Source: Gnetum montanum (Eukaryota; Plantae; Gnetophyta). From it: 64,000 nucleotides of DNA. Below, one piece after another: positions 49,755 to 63,118 of the stretch (position 1 is the first letter of the stretch; each line of letters opens with the position of its first letter). The translations under genes were made by a program, and so were the position numbers. A model generated the notes under the pieces. That model saw only the letters and a list, made by a program, of their open reading frames with translations, did not search any database and was not told where the DNA came from. The stretch spans positions 276,908 to 340,907 of the forward strand of contig MNCI01000738.1 in the NCBI GenBank assembly GCA_015680685.1, given 5' to 3'.

Positions 49755-52675
49755 TGTTGGTGACCATTTGGGACGCAACCGCCAACGAGTGTCCTCGAAT
49801 AGGATTTAGGTGCCTACTGGTCTNNNNNNNNNNNNNNNNNNNNNNNNNNNNNNNNNNNNNNNNNNNNNNNNNNNNNNNNNNNNNNNNNNNNNNNNNNNNN
49901 NNNNNNNNNNNNNNNNNNNNNNNNNNNNNNNNNNNNNNNNNNNNNNNNNNNNNNNNNNNNNNNNNNNNNNNNNNNNNNNNNNNNNNNNNNNNNNNNNNNN
50001 NNNNNNNNNNNNNNNNNNNNNNNNNNNNNNNNNNNNNNNNNNNNNNNNNNNNNNNNNNNNNNNNNNNNNNNNNNNNNNNNNNNNNNNNNNNNNNNNNNNN
50101 NNNNNNNNNNNNNNNNNNNNNNNNNNNNNNNNNNNNNNNNNNNNNNNNNNNNNNNNNNNNNNNNNNNNNNNGAAAGACTTGACAATTTCTAATTGAAATA
50201 CCATGGAAATTCACTTTAAAGATAAAAAGAAGCTATTCTAGTCCCATCAAAATACCAAAGATTTTCTGAACCCTCTCGACTACTGAATTGTTCAACGGCA
50301 TAATTACAAGCAGAGGCTCTCTTACAACAATCCCAATAGCAGTTCCCACACATTGCAGAATAACAAAATTTACTACTAAAATGCTCTTAAGGCTTTTAAA
50401 CACAAGCGCTTCTATGGCAAAATTTTAATAGAAATTTCTATCGGGCAACAAGAACAGTAAGAGCAATCTAAAAATCTCAAAATTACTTGCCAAGGATGAT
50501 ACTATCTAAACCACTAGCTAAACAATTTAAATAAAACAAAAATAAAACATAACTCACATGACTATGACAAAGAGGCTGAAATCTTTCCTTTAGCAAGCCA
50601 TCTTACAAGCAATCATCTTTACAAATCTTCTTTACAAATGCTCTTCTCAAGACCCCAAAGTGTATCTTCAACTGAGAGCCTAAGTGCTAGCTAATAGCTT
50701 TCCAAAGTATGATCTCCAAAAGTGTGATGTATCAAGTGTCTTTTTTCAAAATCCCCCAAAAAGTTCCTTTCACTCCTTGACCCCTGAAGCCTTTTTATAG
50801 GGTTTAAAGGTAGGTAGGGAAGTTACATATTCAAAAATATCTTACCTAACTTCTCTCCCAAGTAACTTAGCCAACCAATTAGGAGATTACTTGCCCAACA
50901 AGTTAGGAGGAAGTTATGTAGTTAGGGGGTTAGGAAGTTATACATAGAATTAGGAGAAATTTATGCTAACATTAATATTTGTAAATATTATATTAAATGT
51001 AATGTGATATTACAAATAAAAATGTTTAATATTTTAACACCAATATTGCAAATATTTTATGAGTAGTAACTTATATATATATAATAATGTTTTTTAAAAA
51101 TAATATTTTAAGACTTGGGATAATTAAAGGCAAGTTTTTAAACCAGGGCTTCACACTCTAGGTACTTCATTAATGGTTATTATATCTATATATATGTATA
51201 TATGTTGATTAATTTGTTAGATATTTTAACCACTCGATGCTTTCGTAAAGTTATAAACGAGTGGTAGTGATAAAATAATTTTACATACATCTTGCTGTAA
51301 ATGTGAGTGAAAACGGCAAAGTTAATGGCTAAAAATAATTCNATAAATGTGAGTGAAAACGGCAAAGTTAATGGCTAAAAATAATTCTTCTTCGTCTTCC
51401 CTGGTAAATCGCACAGATAATCAACAACAGTTCCAAAACAGCAGGCGTAATCGGCTGGTTCGTTTTCTCCTTTCTCTTATCTCTGCACAAAACCTGTAAG
51501 AATCGACACATGTTCTAACCAAGATCCAAAGTGCTATTTCAACCAAAACTGTATGTCTGAACTACCACCACGCAATAAGGCCCTGCAAAATTGTAATCAA
51601 CTGCCACCGTAGGAGAAGGCTCTGCTGCTGCATCTGGCATCGTTGTCGTGTGGTGTGGTGTTCAGGTGCTGGAGGAGAAGGATTTTTCTTGAAAAACAAT
51701 GTGTTGAACATATGGTTCTAAATACAGGATTTTTAGTTACCTGGGATTTTTGTTTTGCCCCAAATTGGCTTAGGGCTTCTTGCATTTTTTTTAAATTTTT
51801 TTCTGAATCATCACCACCATTTTCATTGATCGCAGAACTAGGGGTGAATATATTGTGGATCTGCATTCGGCGAAACCGCAGGAACCTTCAGAACCATTGT
51901 AACCAGCACAACTGAAATCTCTACGGCCTGCAAAACTTAAAATAAAATTGGGGCTCCAATAAAATGTGACTCCTTTCTCTGTACATTGTGTGAAAGAGGG
52001 TTTCGATTTTTTAAAAATATCCCTCCGTTTATGGCAAAGATGTTTCATGCCCAGGGACTTGGTTATGCCCATCTATTTTCGCGGTGCCCGTCTGCGCCAA
52101 GATGAATATTGCGCAGTGGGCAATTTTGAACATTTACTGCGGCATGATTTTCCTGGAACACCGTGATTTTCCTTCGCCTTCTCCTACACCTGCACCTCCA
52201 CTAATATTATGTTTATTTGTATGGTGTTTGCTTCCCTGCCATTGTTGCGATCAATAGGTATATGGTGTTAGGACGTTAGTCCAACTGTAGCCTCCTTTTC
52301 CTCCACTCTCATTGCTACTGATTTTTATTTTATTTTTTGATTTGCAAGGAGTTTCAAATGTTATCTTAAGGCCAAAGGATACAATCGAGCTTAACAACCG
52401 GAATCTTCAACTTAGTGCTTTTCACGTAAGTAATATAATTCCTTCCTTGCTATAGTACTATCTTCCAATCTTTAATAAAGGAATAATCTAGCACTTTCAT
52501 TTTGTATCCAGAAGGCTTCAACATCAAATTATTTACCAATGGATTAATCCTCCAAAAACACCCATCAACCCACAACACTAAAGCTGTAATTTACTTCTAA
52601 ATTTACAACCATAGATTCTTCCAATTTTTAATAAAATATTCCAACTGTTCCATGGAATGGTCAAATGTGCCAACA
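49755..52675 (-). mobile_element. Solo LTR (or gap-collapsed element) of a Tat-B-related family, inverted inside the Tat-B 5' LTR
   Basis: TGTTGG...CCAACA termini; TSD CTTAG (49750-49754 / 52676-52680). Its reverse complement starts TGTTGGCACATTTGACCATT like the host LTR and shares the GGTATTTTGATGGGACT..AATAGCTTCTT block. Confidence 0.88.
49824..50171. other. Assembly gap (348 N)
   Basis: Run of N. Confidence 0.99.
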
Positions 52676-53438
52676 CTTAGTATTTCAATCAGGAAATTAT
52701 CAAATGTTTTTGAAAGCTCTATTGAATGCAATCTTTGACATCTATTAAGTAGCCAAAATAGAGACTCATAATTTGTTGTTTATGCAGTAATCTTTGGTAG
52801 TATAATAAGATTACCTTTATAAAATTACTTGTTGAGCTCAAAAAGTTTGAACAATTCATAGTTATTGAATTAGGAATAGGTTTATTATGAATTGTTTACT
52901 CATATCAATTTATCTTACTTAAATATGTGATATTTCATGCAAATCTGCTTTCTTTTATTTCTCTTACTAAGTCCATTGAATCTTTCTCTATTTTTAGTTT
53001 TCTTGTGGAACTTTCTCTCTAATGAAGATTAGGAGTAGATTGGCAAAGTTTTTCTTAAATGTTTTTGCAAAATTTTATTTGTTACAATTAGTGTACTATA
53101 GGGACCATATAGACCAAGTGATTGAACAAAATAGGAACCTTCAACAACTCAGAGTATTTAACAAAGTTATTAGAATCTCTTTTATGATAGTCAATTACAG
53201 TTTTATACATAACCTAGCCATTTCAACATTTGCAAGAACAAACACATACTCACATCTAGTACATTTCATAACTACTATGTCTGTTTGGAGGTATATGGGC
53301 CTTGGTGTTGCCAAAGAGAAACAAGCACCTAAATCTTATTTGAAGAACACCTTTGATCCCTTGAATTTTCAATGTCATGAAACCATGAGGCTCTCAACCA
53401 TTAGTGGTCAGATTCCAAAAAATTACCAATAGTTCTTT

Positions 53439-53455
53439 TGGAACTAGAAGAAGGG
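53439..53455 (+). other. Decayed tRNA-Asn PBS of Tat-B
   Basis: TGGAACTAGAAGAAGGG versus TGGCGCTAGAAGGAGGG. Confidence 0.75.
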
Positions 53456-53880
53456 AAAAAGATCTATTATGTAGGGTAATTTATCACCTAAGTTCATAAG
53501 CCTAATAATCCTAATGTGCAAAAGGTTCCTTTGATGCTATAAGGAGGGCTAAAAGTTTGACCTCTACATTTATAAGCCTAATAATCATAGCATACCAACA
53601 ATTATTTGTTACTAAAAGGGTTTAATAAATTTGATACTATTTTCAGTTCATGACCAAAAAAACTAATAGTTTGGAAGATTTTAAAGGTTCCAAAGATATT
53701 CTTGATTATAATACTAATCATTCATTAGAAGAAGAATAAAAAAAGGTTCTTGAGTTTAGAACAAGTAGTGGAGTAAAGACTAGAAAGATAAGAAGATCAC
53801 CCCTTCTATTTGGTTTATTAATCTATAAGAGAAAATCAAATAAATATAAGAGTTCAACAATCAAATGTAATTCTAATAGG

Positions 53881-56800
53881 ATGGCAAATCCTTGGCAAAA
53901 AGCTACACCATTAGGATTTCAAAACTACAACGATATTCCTAAGGTAGTTTACAAATATTTTCTTGAGCCTTTTATTCCTAGAAAAACTTACTTTGTTGAA
54001 GAATACATTCACTTATTTGAGTTAGCTTTAGATCATGAAAATGATCAATACCAAGATCAAGCTTGTAGGTTGTTCATAGAAAATTTAAAGGATATGGCTC
54101 AGATTTGGTATTCAAACTTGCTAAGAAATATTATCACAAGTCAGGATGATATAAAGAGTCTTTTTTAGCTAAATTTGGCAATCAATTGGATCAACAATAG
54201 CTATACTATGGGTTGATATAAGCTAATTAAGAAGTCAAAGAGTCAATTAGAGATTTCACCATGAAGTTTCAATGAATTTATGGGTTATTTCAAAGAAAAT
54301 ATAGACCATCAAATGAAATTCTTAGAGATACTTATCTTAAGGTTGTGAATCCCAATATTTCAATCTAGTTGAGAAGAACTCAAAACTTGATAACATTGAA
54401 TGACTACTTTAGTGAAGCTATATAAGTAGGAAAATAACTAAAGTGCAGGATTTTGCTTAACTTAAAGCATTACCAGAACTATCTCGTGTTAAGACGGAGC
54501 AAGAGTTTGAAAGTAGAGAATTTGGAAAAGGAAAATTATTGAGAGACTTGTCCAACAAGGGGGTTAAATTAGAGAAATCTCTGGCAAAAGCTAAAATAAA
54601 ATAAATAGAAAATATAAGCATCAAGATACTAAGTTAGTAGGAGATGAGGATGAAAGTGATGTTACATCCAACTTTCTTGATATTGAATTAGATAATGAGT
54701 TATCTAGTGTGCATTATGGAAGAAAATCTTCTAATAATGGATCTAGTAATACTTCTTCTCTATGAAGTTTTGAAGAAGATACATCATCAAATGAAGAGTG
54801 TAATAAAAATGAGAAAAATGGATATAGTCTATGATCAAAAGAAAGATTAACTACTTCCCAACCTCCAAACATTATTTCTAATCCTAAAGATCTCAAACGT
54901 ATTAGGACCAATATCAGCATATATCAATTAATACTGATAGGTGATCATCAAAGAAAGGCTTTAGAGTTTATTAAAGTTAAAAAGAGAGTTAGAGAGTTAG
55001 ATTTATGCTCTATGTCCAACAATGATGATAAACCAAAAAACTAGTTATGATTGTACTCCATACAAGGAAGCTCCTCATTTTCTTTTGACAATGAAGTTAA
55101 ACGACAAGAATCTTCATAATTATTTAGTTGATTCTAGAGCTACCTATACTATTATGTCATTATATATATGCAAAAAACTTGGTTTGATTCTTGAAAAATC
55201 AAATAGAAAGATTGTTCAAGTGGACAAGATTAGAGTGAAGATTGTGGATCCGCTACCCAATGTTTAATTAGAAATCACTTATAAACCTTGTACCAAAAGT
55301 AGAGTAACTAGTCAAGTGGTAGACATACCAAATTCACATAGCCTTTTGTTAAGTAGAAGTTGGAGTATGAATTTCTTAGGTTATATATCAACATATTACT
55401 TTCATATGTGGCTACCTTGGAAAGGGGAACCAAATCAAATATACATATACAATGAGCCTTTGATGAATGAAAACATTACTTCAAATTGAAAAATAAAGTC
55501 ATTAATAGAAGAGCTTTTGAAACTAGAATTTGCACACTTCAAGAAGTTCATAACTTGGAAAGAGAGAAATTTCAAGATGGAAGCAAAAGGAAACTATACT
55601 TTAATGGTTCTTGTAACTCAAAAGATGTAGGAGTTGGAATAGTTGTAGTGAAAGATTATTCCCCAAAAATATTCAAAGCAATTCATCTAGCTTTCCATTA
55701 TACAAATAACAAGGTTGAATATGAAGCTTTGTGTATTGGAATTAAGATAGTATTAGAAAACGAAATCAAGGAAATCACCATTAAGAAAGATTCAAGATTA
55801 GTTTGTGAATAGGTTAAAGGTAATTATGTAGTAAAAATCTCATTCTTATGCACCTAAAAACATATTGTCTATAAAATGTTTGATCAGTTTCATCACTACT
55901 AAATAGACCATATTGGGAGAGAAGATAATTATATAGTTGATGACTTGGCAAAAGAATCTTCATCATTAGATGTGAAAGAAATAGAAGGTTATGAAGGTGT
56001 AATGATTGAAAAAGAATATTAACCATCAGTACTAGGTAACATAAAGCATTTACAAGTATTCAAAGATGATGATCAATTGCTTAGATTATTGAAAAATAAG
56101 CAAGAATTCCAAAGTCAAATTATACCTAAAATAATGTCAAAGTTTAAGATAAATTTGATTCCCAAAAATATGATTGATTATGAACATGAATTTAGTAAAA
56201 ATCAACTTATTAGAAAGGATATATAGAATCTAGATGATCAAGCTTATGAAGTAGTAAATTTTGAATCTACTAAGATGTCAAAGATGTTAAATGTCATAAA
56301 GGAAAAGGATTTAGTCTTCAAGAGAAATCTATTATTACTCCTAAAAATAATATTGAAAATTTTGTTTGGTCTTATCATCATCTTAAAACGTTTCAACCAG
56401 AGGTGATGAGACATAAGTTTCATTTGATAGATGGTTGTAAGATAAGCAAAAACAAAGGAAATTTAATACATCATTTAAGCCAACTATGGAAGTTGAGATC
56501 AAGAAGTTATTACAAGCTTGAGTCATATATCTGGTTTGATATTCGACATGGCTTGCTAACCTTGTACCAGTAAGAAAGTAGAATGGTGATATTATACTTT
56601 GTGTGGATTTTAGAAATTTGAATGAAGCCTTAGGAAAAGATAAACACCCACTTTCTAGAATTGATAAGATGTTGATTAAAGTAATAGGTTGTTAGGTATA
56701 TTCTTTCTTAGATGGATTTTCAAGCTATAATCAAATCATGGTAGATAACGGTGATAGATATAAAACAACATTTATCACTAATTTGGTAACTTTTTCTTAC

Positions 56801-58904
56801 CAAAGAATGCCATTTGGATTGTCAAACACCAGAGATAATTTTCAAATAATAATGGATTTAGCCTTTAAAGGTTTAATAGGTGAGTTCATTGTAGTTTATT
56901 TGGATGATATCACTATGTTTTCAAAAATGAAGAAAGATCATATTGCTCATCTCTAAAAATTTTTTAACAAATGTCATGAGTATGGTATTTCATTCAATCT
57001 AAAAAAATGTATCTTTGGGATGAAGTCTATAAGTTTACTAGGCCATGTAATCTATCAAGAAGAAATTACTATAGATAACTCTCAAATTTAAGTAGTACAA
57101 AACATTGAACATTCAACAAGTAAAAAGTCTCTTTGATCTTTCTTTGGAAAAATAAATTTCATTACAACATTTATCCCTGGATTCCTCGAAATTACTAAAC
57201 CTTTGAGGAATATGCTAAGAAAGATATCATAGTGGAGAAAACACTAGAATTTTGGAGAGCCTTAGTAGAAATTAAAAAGGTCATTTAAGAAGCTCCATAC
57301 TTGGTAAAGCCAAAATTGAAAGAAGACTTTTGGTTATAGAGCTTGGCTTCAAATGATTTAGTTGCTACCATTTTAAGTCAAAAAGATGAAGGTTAAGCTG
57401 AAATGATTGGATTTTTTGGATATCAATTGAAAGGTTTAGAGATAAATTATTCAAACTTAGAGAAACAAGGATTTACAATCATTAAAGCATTTCAACATTT
57501 CAAATATTACTTGGAAATATCATTATTTCACATTATGTTAATAGAGCCTTCAATCAAACAATTCTTAGCTCAAAATGAAATTGAATTGAAAAGAGGAAGG
57601 TGGCTCATAAATCTTCAAATTTTCAAATTTTCTTTGGAAATAAGAAAGACTATTAAAGGAATGGAATTAGCCAAGTTAAGGGATAAAGAAGAAAAAATAT
57701 CGATATTAAGAATTCATGAAGGAAATTGGTATGATAAAATTCTAGAATTCCTTAGCATAATAATGGTTTCAAATTATTCAAATGCTAGTTATAAAAGAGC
57801 TTTCATCAAGTAGGTAAATAAATTTGTGAAGGTGAAATTTTATACAAAAAGGATTTTAGATGGGATTTTTTGGAATGTGTTCACAATGATCAAATTGGTC
57901 CTATCTTAGAACCATTTCATGATCATTCCAATTTATTTTATGAATCTCCTAAGTCTACTTTGCAACATATACTTTGTTATGGTTTTTATTGGCCTAATAT
58001 GTACCAAGATATTAGTTTGTAAATTCGAAGATGTTACAAATGTCAAATTTATGGACCAAATATCAAAAAGGCTAGAGCTCCTTTAAAACCAACAATGGGG
58101 CTTAGATTTTATTGGTACAATTACTCCTTCAAGATCTAGACATAAGTTTATTCTCATAGCTACCGATTACTTTACCAAATGCTCTAAATCAAAGGCTCTA
58201 AAACAAGTTTAGCATCAAACATGTTTAAGTTCTTGGAAAATTAAATTCTAAGTCATTTTGGTCTACCTAAAGTGTTGGTATCTAATAATGAACCTGCTTT
58301 TCAATTTGAAGAATTTATAACATGGGCATCAGAGAAATCCATCTTTTTATTTTCTTCTTCAAATTATTATCCTCAATAAAGTGGCTTAACTGAATCTACA
58401 AATAAAAAACTTATTTCCTACATTAAGAAGTCCATGGATGGAAATCCAAAAGGTTGGATTCATTGGTTGTTATCTGCATTATGGATTGATTGTATCAGAT
58501 TTAAGAAGGCTATTGGAATGTTAGCTTATAACTTTATCTATGGTTTACTTGCTAGAATTATGAACAAGATTATAAGTTTAGCCTTAGATTTTGTACAAAA
58601 GTATAGTGAGAAAGCTGATAAAGATAGAAATTTCATGACCTTACTCATTAAAGGGAAGCCGAAATGAAGAGAGCTAAAGATAATTTACTAAAGAATGCTT
58701 CTCAACTTAAAAGGTAGTTTTAAGATCGGTGCTATTATATTATTATGGAATATGAGGAAGCTAAATAAATTTTTAGCAATATGGATTGGTCTATTTCAAA
58801 TCAAGAAACAATTATTAGAAGACACCTACAAATTATTGATGCTAGAGGGAATAGAGTTGCAGTTTCTGTATAATGTTTTACATATAAAACATTATTTTGG
58901 ATAA
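53881..58904 (+). pseudogene. gag-pol: gag-pol of Tat-B
   Basis: gag ACRLFIENLKDMAQIWY; PR LHNYLVDSRAT..IM (55022); aRH KLYFNGSC..TNNKVEYEAL..GI..KDSRLV (55590-55810); RT LCVDFRNLN, FLDGFSSYNQI, MPFGLSN, VYLDDI; RH NYSNLEKQ; INT GLDFIG..ATDYFTK..SSNYYPQ. Confidence 0.92.
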
Positions 58905-60234
58905 CTATCCCAAACTTAAATCTATATTTATAAATTAATATATGTATATGTATATAGTAATATATGTGTGTGTGTATGTAACTATATAACATTTAATATA
59001 CATAGTAGTAAATAATAAACTTTTATATGCAAATTTTAATATATATATACTTAGTAGTCACATTTTTAACAAAAGTATAAAATTATATCATATTTAACCA
59101 TGACATATATATCCTATACATATGATTAGGTGATTCTATATAATATCTTTTAAAAAAACATGTATATGTTAACATATTAGTTTAGGAATATTTAATTTAA
59201 AGTTTTAGTTCAATTGTTAAATTTATGTTATCCTAACTGATCATTACTTGTGATGAGTGTAAGTGGAAGTGATGGTTAGATAACTACTTAGTGATGAATT
59301 AATTTCAACAACCAAATAGTGGAATTCGAATTGGCCTACCATATAATGATGGAAAGATAATTAATTTGGGCAAAGCGGGAAAGTTGATTAGTGAAATTGG
59401 TGGGAATTTCAAACTTTCTTTACACTATAAAAAGAGATGTGGATTTCTTAGAATTGCATCATTTCTCAATTCAAAGCTTAAGTGGAGAAAACAAGTGAGG
59501 TGTTTGAGTATGAAGTAGAAAGATGGTTCTTGGAGAAAGAGCAATGAGAAGGTCATTTATTCCATATGTCATGGGACATTGTCTAGAGCATGTATTAAGA
59601 GCCTATTGTAAGGCAAACACCCATGGAGCATCAAGTGAAAGCCACTTCTTACTTTAGGATTCAAATGAGTTTAGATTTCTCACTGGTGGACTTTCTATAC
59701 ATTCCAATGTTTGGGGCAATTTCCATGAATATAACACTCAAGATCAAAGAGATTCTAGTAGATATGATTCATGGGGAAAGGATTTTATGTATTAAGAAGA
59801 AAAAGCATCTAATTGGAAAGAACCTCAAACACCAATAGCTAAAGAGATGGATGTAGAGACAAAAAAAGTCGTGGAAAGCAAAGTGAAGTTCAAGATGAGG
59901 CTTCCACTATGCAAAAGGAGGAAAGAAATGCATTCATCATAATTGAAATACATATGAAAGGACTCTCAATATGAGAATTCCTAAAAGAGTTACTCTAACT
60001 ATTCTCTTTCCACCCACAAAATAGTTTATATGATATTGAGTTTGTATAGTTTCCTAAGTTTTATTAGAAATGAGGTTTTTATTTCATCAAACCTTAAGTT
60101 TGGTGAAAGATTTCATCAAAAAATATTTGTATTTTTGTAAAAATTTTGAATAAAGTCTTCGTTGGATGATGATTTAGCTAGTGAGTAATTTTAAGCACCA
60201 GGATTTCAAAGGAGTTTTAGTTGGGGGAATGAAA

Positions 60235-63118
60235 TGTTAGCACATTTTGGCCATTTTATGAAGTAGAAATATGAAATAAAAAGATATTAAAATATATAAG
60301 AGTAAAATATATGCATTGGAAGACCATAAGAAAACTTTGCCTATCTTTTCTTTAGAAAATGATTTATTTAGTGCTACCCTTTTAGTTGAAATTGTAATTT
60401 GGAATATGGGATGAATTGTTTCTCAATTCACAATATCTCTAGACCATTGAGTTTAAATGGATACACATGCAATCAATATTTTTTTTAGGCATTTAGGATA
60501 AGCCTATTACAAAGTCCTTATGTTATATATTTTGGTGGACATAATCAATTTGAATCAAGCATTTAGATAAAAACACATGACTAGGATGCCAACAATTTAA
60601 AAAGTAGAAAGTTAAGATGTATTGTAATGTTATTAAGAAAAATCCTTTGTGATTTTCTACTCTATAAAATGAAAAAGATAATTAAAACTAAGGAATAGTG
60701 AAGTTCTACCATTAATCTATGAAATTATATCAAATTTATAAGAGCAGTAATAGATTAGCAGTTAATATTATCAAATCAAATACCTTTCTTCAACAAGGGT
60801 AGAAATAATTAATGCAACTCATAATCATCAAGCAAATTTGTTTTTGTTACCTAAGGAACAAGATTTATTCAAGGAGAAAATTGATGTTTTCTAGTAACAT
60901 CACATCATGGTTCTTCCCTAAACTTCATCAAAATTGATGAATTCCCCACTTAGCTATGTGCAAAAAAAAGTAACATCAAGAACTAAAATTTTTAAATGAA
61001 AATGGATAATCCTAACACATAGCAACGTTGGCAACATAGCCAAGGTAAAGCCAAAAAATTAGAGAGGTGATTCAATCAAGCTTAGAGAGGGCCAATTATA
61101 AACCCTACATAAATGATTTAAAATAAATGAATAGTTGAAATTTCAATGGAAATGACAACGGTGGAGTTAATGTCGATGTGAAGACCATGATTAGGTAGAG
61201 ATGTGGCTTGTACCAACAGCAATGGTGTTGGGAGCACCAGTGGTTGTAGGATAAAGATGAACCAATAGGTGGAGCTCCAAGCATTTCAAATAGTGCTACA
61301 ATTGTGAAAGCATACATCAACATGCTAGGGGTGCTAGATGAAGTTGTGGTTTCAACACATGCTTGCTCACCATGGCAAAAATACTATTATGCTAGTTACA
61401 TGCCCATGAACAATGCAGTAATGATGGTAGTGCAACAACAACAACAAAATAGTAGAAAACCCTTGCACCTGAACACCACTAGAGAAATCACATTTCAATT
61501 TTAGGAAATTTTGGATGAAGCATTATTAAAAATACTACTTATACCATTGAGGCCATAAGTTATGATATAATTTTGAGAAAATAATACATGTGCATATAGT
61601 AATGGCTATGTGGGTCTTTGAAGCTTTATTTAGCCTAAGTTAATTTTCATATGGGGGATGTATAAAGAACGTAACTAAATTTTCTAAATATGTGCACTTG
61701 AAAAGACACTTGCCAATTGTGGCATGTATGTCTCCAATATTTTTTTTGTAACTTCCTATGTGACTTTTATGATATTTGTTACCAAGGAACACTTGACAAC
61801 CATAGCTCAAATATCTAATAGTCCCCATGGAAGATTTCGCTCCTAAGGTAGTTAAATATTTATATTCCTAAGATATTTGTAGGGCCCTCAACTCCTCATA
61901 ATTATTGTAACTATGTTAAGGATCCTATAAAAGAACCTTAAAAGGTAGATTTTGTGGGTGGGGAGATGGGCTAGGGTTTGCGGTGGAAAGACTACAAAAA
62001 GAAAATTTGAGATTATTTGTAAGATGGCTCACTAAAGACATCAATTTATCTACCTTTTTTTAATCCTATGAATTCATTTCTTCCTATATTATTTTAGTTA
62101 CTTAGCTAATGGTTTAGATAGTATTGTGATTGGCATTTAATTTTGGGATTTTTCCTACATTGCTTTTATAGCTCTATTTTTGCATAATATTAGACTCCTA
62201 TTAAGATTTACCATAGAAGATCTTATGTTGTTAAAAAACCTCAAGAGAAATTTAATAGTAATGTCTTAACCAAATTGCTTATTTTGAGCAAAGAGAATCT
62301 AGGAAAATCTTTGGTATTTTGATGGGATTGAAATAGCATCTTTATTTTTTTAAATTGTACTACCTTACTATTTCAATAAAGAAATTGTCAAATGTTTTTG
62401 AAATCTCTATTGAATGCAATTTTTGACATCTATTAACTAGCCAGAATAGAGACTCATACTTTTTTGTTTAGACAATAATTTTTGCTAGTATAATAAGATT
62501 GCCTTTATGAAATTGCTTGTTGAGCTCAGAAAGTTTGAAGAATTCATAGTTATTGAATTAGGAATAGCTTTATTATGAATTGTTTACTTGTATTAATTTA
62601 TCTTGGTTAAATATGTGAGATTTCATGAAAATATTCTTTTTTTTCTTTCTCTTACTAAGTCCATTGAATCTTGCTCTATTTTTAGTTTTCTTATGGAACT
62701 TTCTCTTTGAGGAAGATTAGGAGTAGACTGGCAAAATTTTTCTCAAATATTTTTACAAAATTTTATTTGTTACAAGTAGTGTACTATAGGGACCATATAG
62801 ACTAAGTGATTGAACAAAATAGGAACCTTCAACAACTCATAGTATTTGACAAAGTTAGCGGAATCTCTTTTACAATAGCGATTAGAGTTTTACACATAAC
62901 CCAACCATTTCAACATTTGCAATAGCAAACACATACTTACATCTAGTACATTTCATAACTACTAAGTTTATTTGGAGGTATTTGGGCCTTGGTGTTGCTA
63001 GAGACCAACATTCACTTAAACCCTATTTGAAGAACACCCTTGATCCTGTGACTTCCCAAGGTCACAAAACCATAGGGCTCCCACTCATTGGTGGTTGCAT
63101 CCTAAATACTTGCTAGAA
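60235..63118 (+). repeat. 3' LTR of Tat-B (end approximate)
   Basis: TGTTAGCACATTTTGGCC start after the PPT; colinear with the 5' LTR. Confidence 0.9.

Larger units (their letters stand above)
47643..53431 (+). repeat. 5' LTR of Tat-B (47643-49754 + 52681-53431)
   Basis: TGTTGG...CCAA(T)A. Sequence on both sides of the insertion is contiguous in the 3' LTR at ~62360. Confidence 0.92.
47643..63118 (+). mobile_element. Full-length decayed Tat-lineage element 'Tat-B' (gag-PR-aRH-RT-RH-INT, ~2.9-kb LTRs)
   Basis: 5' LTR 47643-53431 (split by an insertion) is colinear with 3' LTR 60235-~63118; decayed tRNA-Asn PBS at 53439; PPT GTTGGGGGAATGAAA before 60235. TSD not resolved. Confidence 0.92.

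Noticed and set aside
49735-50214. ORFs spanning the N run
   Set aside because: Artefacts of the assembly gap.
51298-51387. 44-bp direct repeat around a single N
   Set aside because: Identical copies flanking an N are typical of an unmerged contig overlap.
53022-53432. 136-aa ORF
   Set aside because: Lies in LTR sequence, and the 3' LTR counterpart is not open.
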